Shown piece after piece: positions 56,949-64,000 of a stretch of DNA of 64,000 bases; within the stretch, counting starts at the first letter, position 1; every line of letters starts with the position of its first letter. Under the pieces are notes generated by a model. It saw only the letters and a list, made by a program, of their open reading frames with translations, was not told the DNA's origin and ran no database searches. The position numbers and the translations under genes are program-made. The DNA is from Acidobacteriota bacterium (GTDB lineage Bacteria > Acidobacteriota > UBA6911 > RPQK01 > JAJDTT01): contig CBDCJH010000002.1 of assembly GCA_965217775.1 (NCBI GenBank), positions 4,192,001 through 4,256,000 of the forward strand, in the 5' to 3' direction.

Positions 56949-57203
56949 TCACGTATACGCAGGGTGCGGCTCGGCGGTGGCAATCCGAACGACATGGACG
57001 CTATCGACACGTTCTACATCTGTTATTGCAGATCGGATCGCCTCGGCCCGGGTGGCCGCTTCGCGGTCAAAATCGAGGTATTGGATTCCACCGGTCCGGC
57101 CAACCGTCGCGTCGTCGCATCCCGCTTCGAACAACGCGTCGATGAACGCATCATTCTGCAGGTCGGGGCCATCGACAATCAGGGTGAAATGATGGATTGG
57201 CAT
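56949..57203 (-). CDS. Small hypothetical protein resembling a HicB-like antitoxin N-terminal domain (no HTH)
   Basis: FTLI....., DALFEAGCDDATVG....LDFDREA....AI.SAI.DV; GAGGAG RBS. Confidence 0.6.
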   Translation of the reverse strand: MPIHHFTLIVDGPDLQNDAFIDALFEAGCDDATVGRTGGIQYLDFDREAATRAEAIRSAITDVERVDSVHVVRIATAEPHPAYT

Positions 57204-57323
57204 CTATGGCTCCTCTCGCGTTCATAAATTCCATCAACACTCGCATCGCTGGAAGGGATGTCCGCGGTCCAGCCCGTTGCAACGCCGCCCTTACTGTGAC
57301 AGATTGCCGGTAGAGGAGACCCC

Positions 57324-58586
57324 ATGAACGGCGTCACCGCCCTCGTCTTCACCGCCGTCTTCCTGACAGAACCGCTGCAGGCGCAGGCGCCTCGATTCTC
57401 GGAGCACCTGATCCAGGACGGTTACACCTACACCTATGGAGTCGGAGCCGGCGACCTGGATGGCGACGGCGACGTGGACCTGACCAGCGCCGACGCCTTC
57501 GGGCACGATTCCCTCTACTGGTTCCAGAACGATGGGACCGGGAACTTCACGAGGCTTCTCATTCAAAAGGACGATCCCGAGCGGCTGGAACGCCACGCCC
57601 TGGGAGACGTGGACACCGACGGAGACCTGGACGTGGTCATCGTCAAGAACCTGTACGGCGACCTGCTCTGGTTCCGGAACAACGGGACGCCCCAGGACGG
57701 GAAGCTCTGGCAGAGGGTCGTCATCACCCAGGGCATGCCCTACGCCTATGACGTGGTGCTGGGCGATTTGGACGGCGACGGGGACCTGGATGCGGCCGCT
57801 TCCGGCTGGAAGGGTAGCCACTTCTACTGGTTCGAGAATACGGGATGGCCGGGGCGCGGAGGCTGGCCCAGGCACGGGATCGAGAGCAACATTCGCGGGC
57901 GGGACAACGGACCCTCCAGGACCCGAACCATGCGGACCGGCGACTTCGACCGGGATGGGGACCTGGATCTTCTGGGGACGGCTCCCGACGCCGACCTCAT
58001 CATCTGGTATGAGAACCGGCGCTCCACGGAGACCGAGGCGTCCTGGCCGCGCTTGAGGACGGCGCCCGTGGTCTGGACCAGGCACGTCGTGGACGATCGC
58101 ACCCGCTATCCCATCCACGGGCAGCCGGTGGACATGGACGGCGACGACGACCTGGACATCCTGATGGCCATGGGAATGCACGGGAAGCCGGGGGACCGGA
58201 CCACGCATCAGATCGCGTGGTATGAGAACAACGGGACTCCGGCGGCAGGCGCCTGGCCCAAGCACCTGATCCGGGACGGCTTCCAGGACGCCTTCGAGGT
58301 GGTGGCCGGCGATCTGGACGGAGACGGGGACCTGGACGCGGCGGCCACTTCGTGGCGGTCCCCAGGGCGGGTGGCGTGGTTCCGGAATCACGGGCGGAGG
58401 GGTGAACCCTGGACCATGCATCTCCTGAAAGAGAACTGGCGGAGCGCCAATCAGATCCTGATCGCCGACCTGGACGGCAACGGCCGCCTCGATGTCGTGG
58501 CCTGCGCCGAGAAGGGCACCCAGGAACTGCGCTGGTGGCGAAACCAGGGTCCGCCGGGACGCCCTCAGGCAAGCGGGTCTCGATGA
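57324..58586 (+). CDS. Secreted FG-GAP/VCBS repeat beta-propeller protein
   Basis: GAGGAG RBS, signal peptide, seven D.DGDGD.D repeats with W(F/Y)EN. Confidence 0.85.
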   Translation: MNGVTALVFTAVFLTEPLQAQAPRFSEHLIQDGYTYTYGVGAGDLDGDGDVDLTSADAFGHDSLYWFQNDGTGNFTRLLIQKDDPERLERHALGDVDTDGDLDVVIVKNLYGDLLWFRNNGTPQDGKLWQRVVITQGMPYAYDVVLGDLDGDGDLDAAASGWKGSHFYWFENTGWPGRGGWPRHGIESNIRGRDNGPSRTRTMRTGDFDRDGDLDLLGTAPDADLIIWYENRRSTETEASWPRLRTAPVVWTRHVVDDRTRYPIHGQPVDMDGDDDLDILMAMGMHGKPGDRTTHQIAWYENNGTPAAGAWPKHLIRDGFQDAFEVVAGDLDGDGDLDAAATSWRSPGRVAWFRNHGRRGEPWTMHLLKENWRSANQILIADLDGNGRLDVVACAEKGTQELRWWRNQGPPGRPQASGSR

Positions 58587-61408
58587 GGAGTCCTGTCCTT
58601 CCGGCCGGTCCCGCCCCACTACCGATCCTCTTCATCCTGACCACGCTGGGTCTCGTCTCCTCCCTGCCGGGACAACCGGCCAGATTTTCCGAGCACCTGA
58701 TCCTCGACAATTACACCTACGCCTTCGGTGTCGCAGCGGCGGACCTGGATGGCGACGGCGACGTGGACCTGACCAGCTCCGACGCCTTCGGGCACGATTC
58801 CCTCTACTGGCTGGAGAACGACGGATCCGGAAGCTTTCGGCGGCACACCATCAGTCGAGACGACCCCGAACGCCTGGAGCGCCATGTGGTGGGCGACGTG
58901 GACGGCGATGGCCACCTCGACGTGGTGGCGGTCAAGAACCTCCATGGCAACCTGCTCTGGTTTCGCAACCGCGGGACCCCGGGGGACGGTCGACTGTGGC
59001 AACGCCTGGTCATCACCCGCGCCATGCCCTACGCCTACGACGTGGACCTCGCCGACCTGGACGGGGACGGAGATCCGGATGTGGCGGCGTCGGCCTGGAA
59101 GGGGAGCCACTTCTTCTGGTTCGAGAACCGGGGGTGGCCCGGAACCGGAGGCTGGCCGCGGCATTCCATCGAGGACGATCTGCGGGCACGGGACAACGGC
59201 CCCGCCCAGACCCTGACCCTTCGGGCCGCCGACTTCGACGGGGACGGGGACCAGGACCTGCTGGCCACCGTTCATGAGGCGGACCTGGTGGTCTGGTACG
59301 AGAATCAGGGGATTCCGGGCCGCGGGACGGTGACCTGGAAGCGTCACGCCGTGGACGCCGCGACGCCCTACCCGACCCACGGGCAGCCGGTCGACCTGGA
59401 CGGCGACGGTGACCTGGACATTCTCATGGCCCTGGGGATGCACGCGGAGCCCGGGGACACCAGAACCCATCAGATCGCCTGGTATGAGAACACGGGGGCA
59501 CCGGCGGCGGGCGTCTGGCCCAAGCACGTGCTGGCCCATGGTTTCCAGGACGCCTTCGAGGTGGTGGCCGGTGACCTGGACGGGGACGGAGACCCCGACG
59601 CCGCGGCCACGTCCTGGCGTTCCCCCGGCCGGGTCGCGTGGTTCGAAAACCCGGGTGTCCGAGGCCGGCTCTGGCGGACCCACGTCCTGAAGGAGGATTG
59701 GCCCAGCGCCAATCAGGTGCTGCTGGCCGACCTGAACGGCGACGGGCGGCTCGACATCGTGGCCTGCGCCGAGCGGGGGAGCCAGGAACTGCGCTGGTGG
59801 CGAAACGAGGGACCGGAGAATCCGGAATCGGAGGCGGCAGGCGGGGACCGGAAGAGAGAGGACCGGACCGGCGCACGGGACAGCATCCCCGAGCCGCCGG
59901 CTTCAGGGCCGTTCCGGGATCTGGACGACGCGATCCTGGGGGAAGCCGTCATCGTCGACGGCAAAGAGCTGTTCATCGACGATCACATCATCCAAGAGCT
60001 CAGGGGCGCCCGCAAAGTCCTGAAACGGGCCCTGAAACACCCGGACAATCCGCTGATGGTTCCCGACCGGCCCTGGGAGACCCAGAAGCTCAACCGCGGC
60101 GCGGTCCTCTACGACGAGGCGGAGGGGATCTTCAAGATGTGGTACCCCTACTTCGTCAAGGAGGAGAAGACGGCCGAGGGCTGGGAGATCGAAGGCCTTC
60201 TGGGCTACGCGACCTCCCGGGACGGGCTGGTCTGGGAAAAACCGATCATCAACACCCGTGACGGGAACAACCTCACCGACGCTCCCGTCCACGCCAATCC
60301 TCCGGCCGTCTTCAAGGACCCCGTCGATCCGGATCCCCAACGCCGCTACAAGATGATGTACGGCGACGTGGACCCCAAGGTCCCAACCGGCTGGGCCACC
60401 TTCGTCGCCTACTCGCCCGACGGCATCCGCTGGACGCCGGAGGCCCTGAACCCGGTCGTTCCCCACAGCGACACCATCTGCTCCGTCCATTGGGACCCGC
60501 GATCCGGCAACTACGTGAGCTACCTCCGCTTCGGGCCGCCCAACATCCGGCTCATCGCCAGGACCCAGAGCGAGGACTTCGTCCACTGGTCGCCGAAGCT
60601 CACCGTGATCCGCCGGACCAGGATGGACGAACCGTTCGCAACCCAGCACTACGGGATGAAGATCATGCCCTACGAAGGGGTCTACATCGGGTTGCTGGAA
60701 GCCTACCACGGCCAGACCAACGAACCGATCCCGGCGGACCAGCTCTGGATGGACAAGGCCGACACCCAGTTGACCTTCAGCCGCAATGGTCTCACCTGGA
60801 CCCGGGTCGGCCCCCAGGGCGCCATCCCCCATGACCAGTTGGAACTGGGAGGGCGCGACTGGCGCAGTATCGCCCGGGAATCCACCGTCCTCCCCTACGG
60901 CGAGCATGAGGAGGACTGGGACTGGGGCAGCGTCTACGCGTTTCAACCTCCCCTCGTGGTCGGCGACCAGATCCGAATCTACTACCTGGGAAACACCACC
61001 CGCCACGGGGGAGTCCGTTACCACGGCGACACGGAGTCGAGCGGGGTCGGACTGGCCACGCTGCGGCTGGACGGCTTCGTCTCGGTCCAGGCCGCGAAGA
61101 CCGGAACCCTCACCACCCGGTCCCTCGTCTTCCTCGGCGACGAGTTGGAGATCAACGCCGACGCCGAAGGCGGGACGATCCGGGTGGAAGTCCTGGGTCC
61201 CGGCGGAAAAGTCATCGAGGGATTCGGCCGGGAGGACTGCACGCCCCTCACCGGCGACAGCGTCCGGCACGTCCTGGAGTGGAACGGGAATCGGGACTGC
61301 CACCCGATTCAGGGCCGGCCCATCCGCCTGCGTTTCCACCTCGAGAGAGCGGAACTGTACTCGTTTACGCCTAAGACCCGGCAAATTCAGTACGTGCCGA
61401 CACGCTGA
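58583..61408 (+). CDS. Fusion of an FG-GAP repeat propeller and a GH-like beta-propeller (paralog 11)
   Basis: ATGA overlap; N-half duplicates 57324-58586; C-half has ELFIDD, HPDNP, SDT, LRLDGFVS, LYSF. Confidence 0.82.
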   Translation: MRSPVLPAGPAPLPILFILTTLGLVSSLPGQPARFSEHLILDNYTYAFGVAAADLDGDGDVDLTSSDAFGHDSLYWLENDGSGSFRRHTISRDDPERLERHVVGDVDGDGHLDVVAVKNLHGNLLWFRNRGTPGDGRLWQRLVITRAMPYAYDVDLADLDGDGDPDVAASAWKGSHFFWFENRGWPGTGGWPRHSIEDDLRARDNGPAQTLTLRAADFDGDGDQDLLATVHEADLVVWYENQGIPGRGTVTWKRHAVDAATPYPTHGQPVDLDGDGDLDILMALGMHAEPGDTRTHQIAWYENTGAPAAGVWPKHVLAHGFQDAFEVVAGDLDGDGDPDAAATSWRSPGRVAWFENPGVRGRLWRTHVLKEDWPSANQVLLADLNGDGRLDIVACAERGSQELRWWRNEGPENPESEAAGGDRKREDRTGARDSIPEPPASGPFRDLDDAILGEAVIVDGKELFIDDHIIQELRGARKVLKRALKHPDNPLMVPDRPWETQKLNRGAVLYDEAEGIFKMWYPYFVKEEKTAEGWEIEGLLGYATSRDGLVWEKPIINTRDGNNLTDAPVHANPPAVFKDPVDPDPQRRYKMMYGDVDPKVPTGWATFVAYSPDGIRWTPEALNPVVPHSDTICSVHWDPRSGNYVSYLRFGPPNIRLIARTQSEDFVHWSPKLTVIRRTRMDEPFATQHYGMKIMPYEGVYIGLLEAYHGQTNEPIPADQLWMDKADTQLTFSRNGLTWTRVGPQGAIPHDQLELGGRDWRSIARESTVLPYGEHEEDWDWGSVYAFQPPLVVGDQIRIYYLGNTTRHGGVRYHGDTESSGVGLATLRLDGFVSVQAAKTGTLTTRSLVFLGDELEINADAEGGTIRVEVLGPGGKVIEGFGREDCTPLTGDSVRHVLEWNGNRDCHPIQGRPIRLRFHLERAELYSFTPKTRQIQYVPTR

Positions 61409-61526
61409 ACCGATCCGGCGCCACGGGTCCATTCCTCGTCGACGGTGAGACATGCGGGGGTAATCGGCCGTCTCCTTGTGATCGGTATCGGCTTGTGATA
61501 CTTGAAATTGGAGGTCAGCACGCATC

Positions 61527-62324
61527 ATGAATCTGGAAAAAGCGCTGCACCACTTGAAGTTGGACGGGTGGTGCGTACTGGAGGGGATCATTCCTCCATC
61601 CCAGGTCGGAGACATCCGCCGGGGCGTCCAATCGGCGGTCGAGTCCAGTGGGGGCAGGGCCAGGATCCAGGGGGTGGGCGCCCGGACGGGGCTGCTGGCC
61701 TTCGATCAGTCCTTCAGCCCTTATCTCGCAGACCGCCGAATGTTGGATATCGCCGAAGCTCTTCTGGGGAAGCCGGTGCGGATCTCCTTCACCACGGCCA
61801 TCATCAACTATCCGGGGAACGAGCGGGGTCTCTGGCACGCCGACTGGCCCTTCAATCAGAACAGCGCCGGCCACATTCCCGCGCCCTACCCGGACATGGT
61901 CGCCCACCTGACCACCATCTGGATGCTGTCGTCCTTTTCGGCCGCGACGGGGGGCACTCTGGTCGTACCCGGGAGTCACCGGTCCTCCAACAACCCCACC
62001 GGTGACAACGGAGTCGATCCCTCGCGCACGTATCCCACCGAGATACACGCCGCCGGACGGGCCGGAAGCGTCCTCGTCTTCGACAGCCGGCTCTGGCACT
62101 CGACGGCCCCCAACCGGAGCGACCGTCCCCGGGTTGGAATGGCGGTCCGCTACGCCCCCTGGTGGCTCAACCTGGATATCCTGAGGCCCGGCTCGATCGA
62201 GCGCACGCAAATGGTGGACGAGACCGGGGGGCACGAAAACGAGCAGGTCCCGGTTCCAGCGCCGGTCTACGAGTCTCTGCCGGAGCAGGTCAAGCCGCTC
62301 TACTGGCACTGGGTGGCCGACTGA
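61527..62324 (+). CDS. Phytanoyl-CoA dioxygenase (PhyH) family Fe/2-oxoglutarate enzyme
   Basis: LDGWCVLEG, WHAD (HxD), GGT.VVPGSH, AGSVLVFD.RLWH, N.S...R; GGAGG RBS. Confidence 0.88.
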   Translation: MNLEKALHHLKLDGWCVLEGIIPPSQVGDIRRGVQSAVESSGGRARIQGVGARTGLLAFDQSFSPYLADRRMLDIAEALLGKPVRISFTTAIINYPGNERGLWHADWPFNQNSAGHIPAPYPDMVAHLTTIWMLSSFSAATGGTLVVPGSHRSSNNPTGDNGVDPSRTYPTEIHAAGRAGSVLVFDSRLWHSTAPNRSDRPRVGMAVRYAPWWLNLDILRPGSIERTQMVDETGGHENEQVPVPAPVYESLPEQVKPLYWHWVAD

Positions 62325-62468
62325 AGGATCGAAGCCGTTCGAGGGCCGGCCCGAGTTTCTCACCGTTATGCCGAACGTACGACGTCAAAGGTCTTGTCCT
62401 CGATCACTTATGCGTTTGAATTTGAAGTCTACCGGGAACGCCCCCGGTGAGGAATACGGGTCCGTCAT

Positions 62469-64000
62469 ATGATGGGTCGACACAACCTGCCGCTCTGGAT
62501 CGTGCTGGCGACAACCGTTTCCCTGGGTCAAGTTCTGGGTCACGCCCAGGCTGAGGCCAGCACGGCGGCTGACTTCGCGAGCAGCGGCCTCCACTGGATC
62601 GACGGCGTCATCATCGCCGTCTACGCCCTGGGGATGATCTCTCTGGGCTGGTACTACCGAAGGCGCCAGAAGAGCCTGAACGAGTACTTCGTGGGCAACC
62701 GGACCATGAACCCGGGGCTCATCGGAATCTCCATGTTCGTGACCCTGTTCAGCACCATCTCCTTCCTGGCCACCCCCGGCGAAGTCTATGGAAAGGGGCC
62801 CTTCATCCTGACTTCGTCCCTCTCGATCCCCTTCTACTACCTCATCGTCGGCTATCTGATCGTCCCGGCCTACATGCGTTTTCGGCTGATCAGCGCCTAT
62901 GAGTTGCTGGAGCAGAAGCGGGGCCTGAGTGTGCGCCTGCTGGGAGCCATCCTTTTCATCATGCTCCGGTTGACCTGGATGTCCCTGCTCATCCACCTGA
63001 GCGCGCAAGCCATGCTGCTGATGCTGGGTCTGGAGCAGGACCAGCTTCCCTATGTCGCGCTGGTGATCGGGGCCGTGGCCATCATCTATGCGTCCTTCGG
63101 CGGCCTGAGAGCCGTCGTCATCACCGATTTCGTGCAGTTCTGCCTCTTGTGCGGCGGGGCGCTTCTGGTCGTGATCACGGTGACGATTCGACTCGGTGGA
63201 TTCGGTTGGTTTCCGACCGAGTGGAACTCCAGTTGGGACACTCAGCCCCTCTTCAGTCTGGATCCGAACGTCCGCCTCACGGTATTCGGATCCATTCTGG
63301 GAGGAACCCTCTGGTGGGTCTGCACCGCCGGGGGCGATCAGACGGCGGTGCAACGCTTCATGTCGGTTCGGAACGTGAGGGCGGCCAGGCGTTCCTTCCT
63401 CCTGAATTCGGCGGCCGGCATCCTGGTGAACCTGGTGCTGGCCCTCGTGGCCTTCTCCCTGCTGGGATACTTCGAGGCTCGTCCCGATCTCCTTCCCCCG
63501 GGCCTCGGGGCCGACCGCGTCTTCCCCCACTACATCGTTCACCACCTCCCCATCGGCATTTCGGGGTTGGTCGTCTCGGGCTTGTTCGCCGCGGCCATGT
63601 CGAGCGTCGACTCCGGTGTCAACTCCCTCACCGCGGTGGTCGTGACCGACTTCGTCGGGCGGTTCCGACGCCGTGCCGTGAGCGAAATCGGCCGAGTCCG
63701 CCTCTCGCAGGCACTGGCTCTCGCCATCGGACTGGTTGTGGTATTGGGCTCCTCTTTTCTGGTCGGGAACGTGCCGGGCAACTTCTTGGAAATAGCGCAA
63801 CGAACCCTTCATCTGTACGTCGGCGCCATCTTTCTGCTCTTCTTCCTGTCGTTGTTCGTTCCCTTCTCCACCGCGCTGGGAGTCATTGCCGGGTCGCTGT
63901 CGGCCCTTTTGAGCGCCGCCTCGGTGGCCTACTGGGGGACGCTCAACCAAATGACCATTGACCTGGGTTGGATTCCGCTGTCGGAACGGACGGGAATCGT
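62469..64000 (+). CDS. Sodium:solute symporter (SSS) family transporter, 3'-truncated by the window edge
   Basis: Open frame to the window end; EYFVGNR.M, SAYELLE, GGLRAVVITD, DQTAVQRF, AAAMSSVDSGVNS. Confidence 0.88.
   Translation, partial: MMGRHNLPLWIVLATTVSLGQVLGHAQAEASTAADFASSGLHWIDGVIIAVYALGMISLGWYYRRRQKSLNEYFVGNRTMNPGLIGISMFVTLFSTISFLATPGEVYGKGPFILTSSLSIPFYYLIVGYLIVPAYMRFRLISAYELLEQKRGLSVRLLGAILFIMLRLTWMSLLIHLSAQAMLLMLGLEQDQLPYVALVIGAVAIIYASFGGLRAVVITDFVQFCLLCGGALLVVITVTIRLGGFGWFPTEWNSSWDTQPLFSLDPNVRLTVFGSILGGTLWWVCTAGGDQTAVQRFMSVRNVRAARRSFLLNSAAGILVNLVLALVAFSLLGYFEARPDLLPPGLGADRVFPHYIVHHLPIGISGLVVSGLFAAAMSSVDSGVNSLTAVVVTDFVGRFRRRAVSEIGRVRLSQALALAIGLVVVLGSSFLVGNVPGNFLEIAQRTLHLYVGAIFLLFFLSLFVPFSTALGVIAGSLSALLSAASVAYWGTLNQMTIDLGWIPLSERTGI

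Noticed and set aside
57324-59820. Regularly recurring GACCTGGACGGCGACGG motifs resembling a repeat array or CRISPR
   Set aside because: They are coding FG-GAP repeats (DLDGDGD) with long in-frame coding intervals; no cas genes.
1246-63950. Many long antisense/alternate-frame ORFs (e.g. 1246-2910, 7034-9613, 24004-26217, 39158-41416, 62385-63950)
   Set aside because: They shadow well-supported genes, lack motifs and are expected from high-GC codon bias.

Overview
High-GC window that is almost entirely an accessory catabolic/cell-surface region. The gene content (GWxTD protein, Oar-like TonB-dependent receptor, CRTAC1/ASPIC-UnbV plus TPR genes) suggests Acidobacteriota; this is an inference. 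It holds 11 paralogous exported proteins with a predicted glycoside-hydrolase-like five-bladed beta-propeller and a strongly conserved C-terminal module, 3 BNR/sialidase-like proteins, 2 sulfatases, sugar-acid dehydratases and oxidoreductases (several with Tat signals), 2 SSS symporters, 2 TonB-dependent receptors, FG-GAP proteins and several toxin-antitoxin loci. No rRNA, tRNA, CRISPR array or transposase was seen. The clearest sequence-level finding is a 158-bp non-autonomous element (3 copies, each with a different 4-bp NTAN target duplication). Its insertion adds 162 bp (54 codons) and it is stop-free in all three forward frames. It sits in frame inside a sulfatase, at a stop codon, and inside a TPR gene that is broken only by a junction TGA. 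A second 159-bp CTAG-targeting element and GTAG-type REP-like repeats are also present. Product calls come from motif recognition only, without database searches, and several start codons were re-picked by eye.
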